Source: Acidobacteriota bacterium
GTDB lineage: Bacteria > Acidobacteriota > UBA6911 > RPQK01 > JAJDTT01
NCBI GenBank assembly: GCA_965217775.1
Contig: CBDCJH010000002.1
Location: 2,464,001 to 2,528,000, forward strand
Direction of reading: 5' to 3'
Length of the DNA: 64,000 nt
The notes below the pieces were generated by a model. That model ran no database searches. It was not told where the DNA came from and saw only the letters and a list, made by a program, of their open reading frames with translations. The position numbers and the translations under genes were made by a program. Shown piece by piece: positions 8,080 to 18,435 of this stretch (positions within the stretch are counted from its first letter, which is position 1; every line of letters starts with the position of its first letter).

Positions 8080-10050
8080 ATGCAGATGAAGACAAGTAGA
8101 CTCGGAGTTCCATGGATGGGTGCGGCGATCCTGGCGGCGGCAGTGACGCTGGCGGCCGCCCCTCCGGAAGAGGCCAAGTCGCAGGAGATCGGCTACATCT
8201 CGCCGGAGATTCCCAAGGTAACCTTCCCGGAGCTGAAGGGCGAGTGGCAGGAAGGGCTGGTCCCGGACACCCTGGACCTGGCCGAGCGGGCCCGGCTGTC
8301 CATCAACGCGCTGACCGAGTCGGCGGACCCGGAAGCGGGCTACGAGATCTGGTGGCACGTGCTCCTGAACCGGAAGCCGCCCGTTCTGGTGCACGACTTC
8401 CATGACCTGAACGTCCAGTACAAGTTCCAGGAGGCGCTTCCCCTGCTCCGATACGCCAGCGGCAGCGACCAGAACCTGGAGGTGGATCAGGCCTGGCCGG
8501 AGAACCTGCTTCGCATGCAGGGGGAGGACGGCCTGATCTACATGCCCTTCGAGGGCCGCCCCTGGGCCGGGTTCCATGCCGACTGGCTGGAGCAGAAGGG
8601 ACTCAAGGAGACCCAGTTGGCCAGCACCGTCGCTCAAGGCGGTTGGCTGGGCAACTTCGCCCTCTACTACCTGCTGAGCGGCGACGAGTTCTGGAAGGAA
8701 AGGCTGCAGAAACTGGTCGACGGCGTGGCCCGCCTGATGATCTACAAGGACGACTACTGTTACTTTCCCTTGATGGCGGTCAACCCGGACACCGAGGTTC
8801 CCCGCGACCGGGAGGTCGTCGACCCGGACTGCACCCGGGAAGCCAGCGGGGCCGCCGCGGGTTGGATCATTCAGGGCCTCAGCCAAGCCTACCTGGCCAC
8901 CGGATACCAGCCGGCTCTGGACCTGGCCCGCAAGCTGGCCATCTACATGACCCGGCATTCCGGCTGCTACGACTCGGAAGGACGTTTCCGGGGCGTCCCC
9001 CACACCCACCTGCACACCCGCCCCATCTCCGGACTGCTGGAATTCGCCATGGCCAGCCAGGACCAGGATTTCATCGAGTACTCGAAGAACTCCTACGAAT
9101 ACGCCCGGGACTCCAGCGGCAGCGCCACCGTGGGATTCTTTCCCTCCACTCCCGGTGCCGGGGCGCAGTACTCGGCCAAGACGGTCCAGCAGGTGGCCAG
9201 ATACGGCGTGGAGGGCTGCACGATAGCCGACATGGCGGCGCTGGCCATCAAGCTGAGCCTCGCCGGGGCCGGGGACTACTGGGACGACGCCGACCGCTAT
9301 CTGAGGAACCAATTCGCCGAGATGCAGTTGTTGAAGGAAGACTTCGTCGGCCGGCTCCTGCCCGAGGACCGCTACGAGACCTGGAACCGCCCCGAGTTCG
9401 AGTCCTCCGACCGGACCGTGGAACGGAACATCGGCTCCGCCATGAGCCTGGCCTCCCCCAACGACTTCGTGGGGCATCCACTGACCTGGCCGGACCGCCC
9501 CGATTCCGATCACCTGTTCCTCATGCATTGCTGCACGGGCAACCACGCCCGGGCCATCTGGTACGCCTGGAGGCACCTGCTCCACCACCGGGACGGGGAC
9601 CTGAAGGTCAATCTGCTTCTCAACCGGGTTTCTCCGTGGGCGGACGTCCAGAGCTATATCCCCTACGAAGGACAGGTCGACGTGAAGGTCAAGCAGCCGA
9701 TCCGGCTCCAGGTTCGGATTCCCGATTGGACCGAACCGGAGAAGACGGTCTGCAAGGTGAACCAGCGGACCCGAGAGCTGCGGTGGGAGGGGCGCTACGC
9801 TCAGGTCGGGAGCGTGAAACCGGGGGACGTGGTGGAACTCTCCTTTCCCATCCAGGAGCGCACGGTCAAGGAAAAGATGTGGGGAGTCGACTTCAACCTG
9901 GTCGTGAAGGGAAACAGCGTCGTCTTCATCGACCCACCCGGAAAATACTACCCCTTCTACCAGCGGGACCATTACCGGCAGGACCGGGTCCGATGGGTGA
10001 AGCGCCGGCAATTCGTGGCTACGTCACCTGCTTTGAACTGGCCCTATTGA
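8080..10050 (+). CDS. Secreted GH127/beta-L-arabinofuranosidase-like (alpha/alpha)6 glycosidase
   Basis: Signal peptide; EGC, YLRNQ, CCTGN motifs; C-terminal PYEGQV..VRIPDW..GDVVELSFP. Confidence 0.75.
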   Translation: MQMKTSRLGVPWMGAAILAAAVTLAAAPPEEAKSQEIGYISPEIPKVTFPELKGEWQEGLVPDTLDLAERARLSINALTESADPEAGYEIWWHVLLNRKPPVLVHDFHDLNVQYKFQEALPLLRYASGSDQNLEVDQAWPENLLRMQGEDGLIYMPFEGRPWAGFHADWLEQKGLKETQLASTVAQGGWLGNFALYYLLSGDEFWKERLQKLVDGVARLMIYKDDYCYFPLMAVNPDTEVPRDREVVDPDCTREASGAAAGWIIQGLSQAYLATGYQPALDLARKLAIYMTRHSGCYDSEGRFRGVPHTHLHTRPISGLLEFAMASQDQDFIEYSKNSYEYARDSSGSATVGFFPSTPGAGAQYSAKTVQQVARYGVEGCTIADMAALAIKLSLAGAGDYWDDADRYLRNQFAEMQLLKEDFVGRLLPEDRYETWNRPEFESSDRTVERNIGSAMSLASPNDFVGHPLTWPDRPDSDHLFLMHCCTGNHARAIWYAWRHLLHHRDGDLKVNLLLNRVSPWADVQSYIPYEGQVDVKVKQPIRLQVRIPDWTEPEKTVCKVNQRTRELRWEGRYAQVGSVKPGDVVELSFPIQERTVKEKMWGVDFNLVVKGNSVVFIDPPGKYYPFYQRDHYRQDRVRWVKRRQFVATSPALNWPY

Positions 10051-10095
10051 CGGGTAGGCGACTCTCCGGCCGCAAGCAGAACGGTCGATAACTCC

Positions 10096-11781
10096 ATGGA
10101 ACGAAGGTCGGCAGCACGGCGGCTGGTTTCGATCACCATGGTGGCGCTGTCCGTCCTTTTCCAAGGTCGTCTGACCTCTGCCCCGGAAACGCCCCCGGCA
10201 GAACCACCGCCAGCCCAGGCCACAGGTTCCGAAATGGAGCCGATTCCCTTCCCCAACCTGAGCGCCATGGACGCGAACGTCCGGGAACAACTGGAACGCG
10301 CCCGGGCCGACCTGGAGCAGATAATCCGGCGCCCCGGGGCCGACCCGGAGCAGCGGGCTCGAGCCTACGGGCGAATGGGCCAGATGTTGCAGACCTACGA
10401 CCTCCTGGATGCGTCCGAGTCCTGTTATCGGAACGCCCTGCGGCTGGCGCCCCGAGATTACCGCTGGTCCTACTACCTGGCTCTCGGCTATCGGGCAAGA
10501 GGAGACCTGGAACGGGCCGGCGCCCAGTACGCCCACGTCCTGACCCTGCGCCCCAACGACCTGGCGGCGGTGCTGGGGCTGGCCCGGATCGAGTTGGAGC
10601 AGGGCCGGACGGAGGAGGCAGCGGAACATTTCCAGCGGGCGCTGAAGCTTGACCCGGAATCCGCGGCAGCGATGGCGGGTCTCGGCGAAATCGCGGCCGC
10701 CGGACGCGACTACGCGAAGGCCGTTGAACACTACGAAGAGGCTCTTCGGCGCCAGCCTCAGGCCAGCAGCCTCCACTACCGGCTGGCCATGGCCTACCGC
10801 CAGTTGAGACAGGTGGACAAGGCGCGGCTGCATTTGGGCAAGCAGGGGGACGGCGCCGTGAACTATCCCGATCCTCTGCTGAAAGAGCTGCTGAGAGTGA
10901 AGACGGGACGCTGGCGGCAGCGCGAGCAAGCCAACCGTCTACTCGAGTCCGGACAACACGAGGAGGCCGTGCGGATCTTTCGCGAGATGGTTTCCCAGGA
11001 TCCCAACGACGCCCTCGCCCTGGTGGACTTGGGCACGGCCCTGGCGCAGATGGGCCGCGTGGAGGAGGCCGTCCGGCAATTCGAGGCCGCCCTGCCTCAT
11101 ACCGCCTCCAAGTCCCGGATCCATCTGAACCTGTCCATGGGACTGATCCAGATAGGTCGTGAGGAAGAGGCCCTGGAGCACTGCCGCCAAGCGATCGAAA
11201 CGGATCCCAACTTCACCGAAGCCCATTTCCAGTTGGCCAACCTGCTGATGCGCCGGGAACTCGTCGACGAGGCGATCCCGCACTACGGCAGGGTCATCGA
11301 GTTGGATCCGGGAAATGCCTTCGCCCACTTCATGGGCGCCATGGCCGTGGTGAAGACCCAGAGCTGGAAGGAGGCCCGGTCGCGGTTGGAAGCGGGCCTG
11401 ACCGCTCTGCCCGAGGACACCGATCTGGCCCACGCCATGGCTCGCCTGCTGGCGGCCTGTCCCGACGCCGCCATCCGCAACGGGCAGCAGGCCCTGCGTC
11501 TCCTGCAGAAGGTGTTCGAACGAGTGAAGACCCCCGATTTCGAGCAGGTGGAGACGCTGGCCATGGTCTACGCCGAACTGGGCCTGTTCGATCGGGCCGT
11601 CCAGGTGCAGAGGATGATGATCACCGAAGTGTCCCGGGCCCAACGCTCCATGTTGGCAACGCTGCTACAGGAAAACCTCACCCGGTACCAGCGCAAAGAA
11701 GCCTGCCGGCAACCGTGGCGGGAGAACGATCCCGTGTTTCAGCCGACGCCCCTCCCCTTCTCTCTCCTCACTCTGCAATGA
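10096..11781 (+). CDS. Secreted tetratricopeptide repeat protein
   Basis: Signal peptide; many TPR units (ALRLAP, ALKLDP, AIETDP, VIELDP). Confidence 0.9.
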   Translation: MERRSAARRLVSITMVALSVLFQGRLTSAPETPPAEPPPAQATGSEMEPIPFPNLSAMDANVREQLERARADLEQIIRRPGADPEQRARAYGRMGQMLQTYDLLDASESCYRNALRLAPRDYRWSYYLALGYRARGDLERAGAQYAHVLTLRPNDLAAVLGLARIELEQGRTEEAAEHFQRALKLDPESAAAMAGLGEIAAAGRDYAKAVEHYEEALRRQPQASSLHYRLAMAYRQLRQVDKARLHLGKQGDGAVNYPDPLLKELLRVKTGRWRQREQANRLLESGQHEEAVRIFREMVSQDPNDALALVDLGTALAQMGRVEEAVRQFEAALPHTASKSRIHLNLSMGLIQIGREEEALEHCRQAIETDPNFTEAHFQLANLLMRRELVDEAIPHYGRVIELDPGNAFAHFMGAMAVVKTQSWKEARSRLEAGLTALPEDTDLAHAMARLLAACPDAAIRNGQQALRLLQKVFERVKTPDFEQVETLAMVYAELGLFDRAVQVQRMMITEVSRAQRSMLATLLQENLTRYQRKEACRQPWRENDPVFQPTPLPFSLLTLQ

Positions 11782-11867
11782 CGATGGAGCGGCGACTTTC
11801 TTGTCGCCGATTGGAAGCGACAGTCTTCACCCGCCGGACTCCCATTTAACCATCGGAGATCGGCCGA

Positions 11868-13511
11868 TCAGTTTCCCACGACTCGAAACCGGTCCTCCAG
11901 TTGTACCCGCTCGTCGCTGGAGGAATCCCGGGCCTCGACCTGGGCCAGATAGGTTCCGGGTTCCAGATCGCTCAAGTCCAGCTTCTTGGTCAGGACGACC
12001 CTCTCTTCGGAGAGGAACCGGATCGATTCCCCGGCGCTGTCGGTGACGTCCCGGACCAGTTGGCCGTTCCCGTTTCGGATCCGGTAGGAGACCTCCAGCA
12101 AGGGGGTGTTGGAGGTCTGATCCACCTTGAAATTGTACAGGTGCAGGTAGATCCCGAGGGGGATCTTCCGGGTGAACTTGCGGGCGATGCTGGGCCGGAG
12201 CTTGACGTCTCCGAAGACGAACATCTCGTCGCCTTCCGGCAGCTCCTCCAGTTCCCGCATGTGGTCGGAAAGAACCAGGGAGCTGGCGCTCAGTTTCTGG
12301 GACTCTTTCACGGAAGGGGGTGGTATCAGAGCGTGCCTGACGGCGCCCACGTTGTCGCTGTTGAGGTCCTTGACAATCAAGTCCAGCTTGTAGCGAGTAT
12401 TGTTGTCCAACAGCAGCACCTTCTGGTAGAGGGACCGGCTCTGCCGCCCCAACTCGATCCATCTGTCCGGATAGGCCACGGTCATGTCCTGATCGAATTC
12501 CTGGATGAACTTCTTTCCCATGCTGGTGACGGCGCCGTAGAGGCCGATCTGGGCGTAGTGGGAGGCGCCTTTCTGCTTGAAGGTCATGTCCCGGTTCTGC
12601 AACTCCACGGTGACGGGAATCAGCACCTTGTCCTGGTTCAACCTGAAGTAGTCGCTTCGAACCTGGAACGGGAGATTGGTGTAGTTCACCGTGACTTTGA
12701 CCAGATCCCGGAGGTCGTTGTACTTGATGGGCCGGGCGGCCTGAGCCTTGGCGAAGATCTCGAAACGGGTGAAGGGATGGTCCTGGCGCCGCATGTTCGC
12801 CCGGAGGTAGGGGTTGTGCATCTCGTCGGGATGCAAGCGCCTCCCCTTCTGGGTCAGGCCCAACCTTTCGCTGTCGGTCAGCCCCAACCCGGGCAGGCCG
12901 ATCAGCGCGTCCTTTTCGTCGGGATGAAGGGCGAGACGGTACTCTCCGGTGCGGGATTCGTCCACGAATTCCAGGGTGATGTCGCTCCCGAGCCCGTCGA
13001 TCTTTCGATAACGCCACCGTTCGAAGGGGTGGACGGTGGTGGTTCCCCCGCCTTCGTAGGACTCGCGGACATATTGGCCACCCCCGCCGAAGTCCTCGAT
13101 CTCGTCAGGCGGCCCGTGGATGATGTAGATTCGGCCGCGGTCCGATCTCCAACCCGATTTGCCGCTGTGGAACCGCTCGTTGGCATACGCGATGCGGCGG
13201 TAGTGCTCTTCCTTGAACTCGTTGATGGGGGTCCTGAGGTCCAGGTCCCGCCGATACCAGAACTGCTCGATGAACTGCTCCTTTTCGGCCTCGTTGGTGA
13301 GTCCGTCGAAGACGGCCTTCTCGTCTTCGGTGATGATGTAGATCACGTCCTCGGTGAGCCATTTCCGGAAGTAATCCTGCGACTCCTCGGCCTGTACCCG
13401 GCCGTCATCCTTCCGGTTGTTCTTCTCCTTGGCCCCCGAAGCGGAAAGCGGCGGGGCAAGCAGGGCGAACACGGCCAGGGACAACGGGAAGCGGGATTGG
13501 AAGATGTGCAT
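11868..13511 (-). CDS. GWxTD domain-containing protein
   Basis: WLTEDVIYII, FIEQFWYRRD, EEHYRRIAYANERF, GWRSDRGRIYI.HGPPD. Confidence 0.9.
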   Translation of the reverse strand: MHIFQSRFPLSLAVFALLAPPLSASGAKEKNNRKDDGRVQAEESQDYFRKWLTEDVIYIITEDEKAVFDGLTNEAEKEQFIEQFWYRRDLDLRTPINEFKEEHYRRIAYANERFHSGKSGWRSDRGRIYIIHGPPDEIEDFGGGGQYVRESYEGGGTTTVHPFERWRYRKIDGLGSDITLEFVDESRTGEYRLALHPDEKDALIGLPGLGLTDSERLGLTQKGRRLHPDEMHNPYLRANMRRQDHPFTRFEIFAKAQAARPIKYNDLRDLVKVTVNYTNLPFQVRSDYFRLNQDKVLIPVTVELQNRDMTFKQKGASHYAQIGLYGAVTSMGKKFIQEFDQDMTVAYPDRWIELGRQSRSLYQKVLLLDNNTRYKLDLIVKDLNSDNVGAVRHALIPPPSVKESQKLSASSLVLSDHMRELEELPEGDEMFVFGDVKLRPSIARKFTRKIPLGIYLHLYNFKVDQTSNTPLLEVSYRIRNGNGQLVRDVTDSAGESIRFLSEERVVLTKKLDLSDLEPGTYLAQVEARDSSSDERVQLEDRFRVVGN

Positions 13512-13595
13512 CGTTGCCGATTATTCTACGGGGCACCGGGTCCGGGTTCAACGCGGGCGCGGGGCAACATGCGGGCCGGTGGATTGTCAAGGAGA

Positions 13596-13712
13596 GCACC
13601 CACAAGGGGTGCCCCTACGGTTCCTGTCTGTCATGGAGGAATAAATGAGCAGGAGCGGGGACATTCCTGTCCCCGGTAAACGGAGAGATCGGCGGCTGGA
13701 CAGCCGCCGATC
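13596..13712. repeat. Mixed REP cluster (GTAG-type and GGGGAC/GGCGGC-type palindromes)
   Basis: gcacccacaaggggtgcccctac (GTAG REP on minus), ggggacattcctgtcccc, gatcggcggctggacagccgccgatc. Confidence 0.75.
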
Positions 13713-13832
13713 CCACGGGACACGGACATCCTGAAAACTCTAAAGGGTGGTCCGGACTGAACTACAGGCTTGCCCAACGTGTGTACAACCGCCGAGCCAT
13801 CGACTCCGTCGATTCCCGTATTCACCCTTTAG

Positions 13833-13990
13833 CAGTCCGTGGTGAAAGTCCCGCGAGCACCGAGACCGTTCCTGCGCCCGCCGGACAAGGCGCGATTCGG
13901 GAGCATACCGGGAGTATGTGATCGAATCGCAACGCAGTCCGCCGGGATGCAGGGACGGTCGGATGCCGTGGCGACTTTTGCCACGGGCTG
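13833..13990. mobile_element. 158-bp hairpin MITE, copy 1 (intergenic)
   Basis: TIR cagtccgtggtgaaagtc / gacttttgccacgggctg; TSD TTAG/TTAG. Confidence 0.92.
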
Positions 13991-14022
13991 TTAGGCCGCA
14001 CCTACCCTCCACGCCAAGCCGG

Positions 14023-14895
14023 CTACAGAAAGGATTGATCGCACGCAGCGATGGTGTCCTCATCGGTAGCCCTCTGATCCTCCCACTCGCTGCCCTCGAA
14101 CCAATACTGGCGGCGCTGCTCGAGCCAGCCATTAGACTCGTTGACCGTAATCCAGCCATTGAGGAAATTTAAAATATCGAGATCGCCTTTCCGCACGGCC
14201 ATCGCCAGCGGTTCCAAGGCAAACGGCTCCTCGGAGGGCTGGTGCAGGGTGTCCGGGTTGGCTTCAACCCATGTGGCCCCCGTCGACGCGAACGCTGCCG
14301 CAGCATCGACATCACCGGCAACCACGGCCTCGAGGACGTCGTTGTCGGTATCAAAGAGCTCGATCATGGCACTAGGAAAAACATTCTCGATCGCGGGGAT
14401 GGACGAAGCTCCGCTCCGGGTCCCAATCGTGACATCGGAGCTGTTGAAATCTTCCAGCGTCTCCAAGTCGGTGGTTTCCGCTGTATTCGCCACCAGATAG
14501 ACGCCAGTCAAGTTGTACGGTGACGTGAAATTGACCCTGAGATTACGGCTTGGAAGTATCGTCATACCACTGATGATGGCGTCAAAATCCTTCTCGAGCA
14601 GGGATGTGATGATGTATTTCCAGTTCGCCCGCTCAAATTTAACCTCTACCCTCAGATCCTCGGCCAATTTGGTCGCGACATCGATCTCAAAGCCAATCAG
14701 CTCGCCGTCGGCATTGCAGAGCGACCAAGGCTCGAACAGGCCCAGACCGACTCTGATCGTCCCACGGTCCTGGACCTTCTCAAGAACGCTGTTGTCAAAA
14801 GACCACCAGGGGAAAATCTGGGCCATCACCTGAGGGCTGGCACCGCCCATCAGGACAACAACGACTAAGCCACACACTACTTGCTTGCTTCGCAT
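14023..14895 (-). CDS. Polar amino acid ABC transporter substrate-binding protein (SBP family 3)
   Basis: Signal peptide; GTIRVG, GELIGFEIDVA, FDAIISGMTI..R..VNFT.PY, AVRKGD. Confidence 0.92.
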   Translation of the reverse strand: MRSKQVVCGLVVVVLMGGASPQVMAQIFPWWSFDNSVLEKVQDRGTIRVGLGLFEPWSLCNADGELIGFEIDVATKLAEDLRVEVKFERANWKYIITSLLEKDFDAIISGMTILPSRNLRVNFTSPYNLTGVYLVANTAETTDLETLEDFNSSDVTIGTRSGASSIPAIENVFPSAMIELFDTDNDVLEAVVAGDVDAAAAFASTGATWVEANPDTLHQPSEEPFALEPLAMAVRKGDLDILNFLNGWITVNESNGWLEQRRQYWFEGSEWEDQRATDEDTIAACDQSFL

Positions 14896-15171
14896 CGGAT
14901 ACCTCCTTTGAAGTAAAGATTCGCTCCAACCTTCAGCCCGGAATTCTCACCAGAAATGTTATTGGACACTAAACGAACGGAGCATAAGGAACGTGAACGT
15001 TTATTCACAAACTGTACCAAAAGCGGCGGAACGGATCGAGGCCGAAAGGAGGATTCAAGCGTCCCAACGAGTCCGTGCCGTAGAAGGGCAAGATCGAGTT
15101 AAAGGAAATAACTATTCAAGGAGATCATCCGCCGCCGCTTCCATGTCGACGAATGTCGATCAAACCGCGCG

Positions 15172-16482
15172 TCATGGCTTTTTCTGCAGGAGGCCCTCAG
15201 CAGCGCGCTGCCGCTCTTGGCTCCCCTCCTCTTCCAATCTCTGAAACCGTTCCAGTGAGACGCGAGCATCTTCCATCATCCCCAGCTTCCGGTAGACCTG
15301 GGCCAACTGGTAGTGGGGTTGTGGATCCCCGGGACCCAGTGCGATGGCCCGGTGGAGGGCGCCTTCGGCGGCCCGCAGTCGGCCCTTGGCCTCGTAGGCC
15401 GAAGCCAGAGCCACGTGGGCGTCCGGGAGCCTGACATCCACCTGCAACGCCCTCTCCAGGTGACGAATCGCCTGGTCGAACTGCTGCCGCGAGTTTTTGA
15501 TGATTCCCAATTCCAGGTTGACGATAGGGTGATGCGGATCGATCTTCAGCTCCTTCCGCAGCGCCGGCTCAGCCTTGTCGTATTGCCCCAGACCGAAGTA
15601 GATGTCCCCCAGGGCGAAGTTGACTCCGGGCGCGTCCGGGTTCAGGGCGACCGCTTGCTCGTACGCCTGCGCCGCCTCGTTCAGGTGTCCCCGGGCGGCG
15701 AAAAACTCGGCTCTGAGCTGATGGGACCGGAAGGAATTGGGTTCGACCTCGTCGATCCGGGCGATGGTCCGGTTGAAGCCGTCATCGCCGCCTTTCGTCA
15801 GATAAGCCTGGGCCAGCGTCTGCAAGGCTTCCAACTCCCGAGGATGGCTGCGGGTCAACGCCTCCAGATGTTCGATGCTCTCATCCACCCGTCCCAGCGC
15901 CAGGAAGCAGACGCCCAGATAGACCTGAGCCTTGACGTTCTTCGGGTCACGGGAGATCGCCTCCTGAAGGGCCCCTGCGGCCTCCGGGTACCGGTGGAGG
16001 CCGAAATAGGCGCGCCCCAGATAAAAATGGGCGTCGGGGAGATCGGGGTCGAGGGTCAGGGCACTGTGGATCGCATCGACAGCCGGGCCCAACCTTCCCT
16101 GGTATTGGTAGACCAGCCCCAACCGGACCATGATCTCAACAGTCCGTGGTGAAAGTCGCGCGAGCACCGAGACCGTTCCTGCGCCCGCCGGACAAGGCGC
16201 GATGAGGGAGCATACCGGGAGTATGTGACCGAGTCGCAACGCAGTCCGCCGGGATGCAGGGACGGTCGAATGCCGTGACGACTTTTGCCACGGGCTGTCA
16301 ACCCGTCCCGGCTGTAGTTCCAGGATACTGGTGTAGGACTTCTCGGCGGCTGGCCAATCGCCCCTCGCCTCCGCCTCCACGGCGGTTTGCAGTTGCCTCT
16401 GAACCGGGGTTTCCTGTCCAGCGGCCGATCCGGCCAAGGCCATCAGCGGAATCGTCGAGAGCAATAGCCAGAGACTCACCAT
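15172..16482 (-). CDS. Secreted TPR protein carrying an in-frame 54-aa MITE insertion
   Basis: Signal peptide and TPR repeats; removing 162 bp restores ILELQPGRVEIMVRLGLVYQYQG. Confidence 0.85.
   Translation of the reverse strand: MVSLWLLLSTIPLMALAGSAAGQETPVQRQLQTAVEAEARGDWPAAEKSYTSILELQPGRVDSPWQKSSRHSTVPASRRTALRLGHILPVCSLIAPCPAGAGTVSVLARLSPRTVEIMVRLGLVYQYQGRLGPAVDAIHSALTLDPDLPDAHFYLGRAYFGLHRYPEAAGALQEAISRDPKNVKAQVYLGVCFLALGRVDESIEHLEALTRSHPRELEALQTLAQAYLTKGGDDGFNRTIARIDEVEPNSFRSHQLRAEFFAARGHLNEAAQAYEQAVALNPDAPGVNFALGDIYFGLGQYDKAEPALRKELKIDPHHPIVNLELGIIKNSRQQFDQAIRHLERALQVDVRLPDAHVALASAYEAKGRLRAAEGALHRAIALGPGDPQPHYQLAQVYRKLGMMEDARVSLERFQRLEEEGSQERQRAAEGLLQKKP
16140..16297. mobile_element. 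158-bp hairpin MITE, copy 2 (in frame in TPR gene)
   Basis: Same TIRs; TSD TCAA/TCAA. Confidence 0.93.
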
Positions 16483-16785
16483 GGCATCGAAACCCGAACC
16501 GGTGCGATTCTGTCGCTGCGCTCGGTCTATGGACGCCGGTCCTTTCGGGGCGTTACTCCAAGGAAATCAGAAGCGGCCAGCCTCGTTGAGACTATAAAAC
16601 AGTCAATTCCGGGAACACAGCAGCGACCAATCCGGGCTCGTTCCCAGAAGCACGAGTCCTCATGCCTCGGACTCCAGCGCATACCCTCGAGAACCACTTT
16701 CTCACTCCCTTTCTTGTGGTTTACGTTTATGCTGGCACCATCGAAACCGTCCAACACCCGGTTAGTCCCAACTGGAGGAACGACA

Positions 16786-17199
16786 ATGACCAAGATCTGC
16801 ACCTGCATCACGATAGCGCTTATTTTTTTCGTCCCGAATCTTCTTTCCCAGAAAGAGGAGGCCAGGCAACAAGACAAGTTCCTGCTTCTGGCCACCAGCC
16901 GGACCGGTACCATGGAGAAAGAACTCAACGAAACCGGCTCGCGCGGCTACCGCTTTGCCGGCACCCAGGGGGGCGAGACCGCCTTCGGCGGCAACGAGGT
17001 GGTCGTCATCATGTCGCTGGACCCCGAAGGCCGGCGTTTCCGCTACCTGCTCCTCGCAACCAGCCGGACCAGCACGATGCAAAAAGAGATGAACGAGGCG
17101 CCCCCGGAGTACGAGTTCGCCGGGATGACCGTGTTTCAATCCAGGTTTGGCGGAAAAGAAGCCGCTGTCATCCTCGAGGCGGAGATCAAAGAGGAGTGA
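16786..17199 (+). CDS. Small secreted hypothetical protein with an internal duplication
   Basis: GGAGG RBS, signal-like N-terminus, LLATSRT.TM.KE.NE occurs twice. Confidence 0.75.
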   Translation: MTKICTCITIALIFFVPNLLSQKEEARQQDKFLLLATSRTGTMEKELNETGSRGYRFAGTQGGETAFGGNEVVVIMSLDPEGRRFRYLLLATSRTSTMQKEMNEAPPEYEFAGMTVFQSRFGGKEAAVILEAEIKEE

Positions 17200-17361
17200 C
17201 CGTTGACGTCGGCAACCGGGAATTTACCCAGGGTCAAGTAAACAACCTAGGAGCCTGCGCCGCAGTGCGGCAGCCCGTAGGGTTGTGTCTAGAGAAGTAC
17301 GTTTGGCCTTTGTGAGAATTCCTGATCGGCGATGCTTCTGTTCATCCGTTCCAGTGTTTGA

Positions 17362-17519
17362 CAGTCCGTGGTGAAAGTCCCGCGAGCACCGAGACCGTTC
17401 CTGCGCCCGCCGGACAAGGCGCGATTCGGGTGCATACCGGGAGTATGTGCCCGAATCGCAACGCAGTCCGCCGGGATGCAGGGACGGTCGAATGCCGTGA
17501 CGACTTTTGCCACGGGCTG
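17362..17519. mobile_element. 158-bp hairpin MITE, copy 3 (upstream of vapBC)
   Basis: Same TIRs; TSD TTGA/TTGA. Confidence 0.92.
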
Positions 17520-17580
17520 TTGAAGCCGCGCAAACGTATTGCGCCGCCACCTAACCAGTTCGCCAAGACAATTTCAGTTT

Positions 17581-17609
17581 GATGCTATGATGTGTCGATG
17601 CTACGATGT
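17581..17609 (+). promoter_or_regulatory. Direct-repeat operator candidate for vapBC autoregulation
   Basis: gatgctatgatgt and gatgctacgatgt immediately before the antitoxin start. Confidence 0.5.
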
Positions 17610-17613
17610 TCTC

Positions 17614-17838
17614 ATGAGAACTACAGTCACCATCGACGACGATGTGTTGGCCGTGGCGCGTACTCTTGCAGCAATGAAAGACATCAGTCTGGGGAGCGCT
17701 TTGTCAGACTTGGCGCGGCGCGGCTTCAGGCGAACTCAGACCAGATACGATGACGGCGTTCCCGTATTCCACGTTGACGCCGATGCGGCCCCGATCACGA
17801 GTGAGGACGTACGGAAAGCCCTCAGCGATTGGCCATGA
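17614..17838 (+). CDS. vapB: VapB-type RHH antitoxin
   Basis: MRTTVTIDDDVL..AR.LA......LGSALSDLARRG; ATGA overlap with the toxin. Confidence 0.88.
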   Translation: MRTTVTIDDDVLAVARTLAAMKDISLGSALSDLARRGFRRTQTRYDDGVPVFHVDADAAPITSEDVRKALSDWP

Positions 17839-18269
17839 TCCGCTTGCTCGACGTCAACGTGCTCATTGCGCTGACATGGCCCAACCACGTACACCATGAC
17901 GTAGCGCGGTCGTGGTTTACGGAGGTCCGCACCGACGGATGGGCCACCTGCCCGCTGACCGAAGCCGGATTTGTGCGCATTTCCTGTAACCCGTCTGCCG
18001 TCAAACAGTCCATAACGGCCACCGATGCGATTGCGCTGTTGGCCAAGCTCAGAAAGCTGGAGTCGCATTCCTTCTGGGCCATGGATCTTTCCATCGTCGA
18101 TCTGCCGCCGGGAATCCTCAGGAGGATTCAAGGATACCGCCAGATCACCGACGCTGTTCTCCTGGCCCTTGCAATCCAGTTTGGGGGGCAGCTCGCCACT
18201 TTTGATTCGGGGTTCACCGATCTGTTGGCGCGGGAAGAACTCCAGTCTGTTCGTATGATTCCCATATGA
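17835..18269 (+). CDS. vapC: VapC PIN-domain toxin
   Basis: LLDVNVLIAL..P.HVHH, WATCPLTEAGFVR, QITDAVLLALA, LATFD. Confidence 0.93.
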   Translation: MIRLLDVNVLIALTWPNHVHHDVARSWFTEVRTDGWATCPLTEAGFVRISCNPSAVKQSITATDAIALLAKLRKLESHSFWAMDLSIVDLPPGILRRIQGYRQITDAVLLALAIQFGGQLATFDSGFTDLLAREELQSVRMIPI

Positions 18270-18435
18270 GCAAACAACAATCGATACACCAGACCAGAAT
18301 CGGGGGGCCAATCCGTCACAGCCCGAGAATCGGCGGCTGGGAAGCGCCCGTTCCCAAATCGACCCGGGCGTTTTTGACAGGCCGTCCCCCTTCCCTTATC
18401 TTCTGCGGGCCAATTCTCAAGGGAGGCTCCCTGAC

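Noticed and set aside
8053-10011. Long antisense ORFs (also 11901-13679, 42914-44809, 47372-49297, 56463-58067)
   Set aside because: Shadow frames of GC-rich genes with no recognisable motifs
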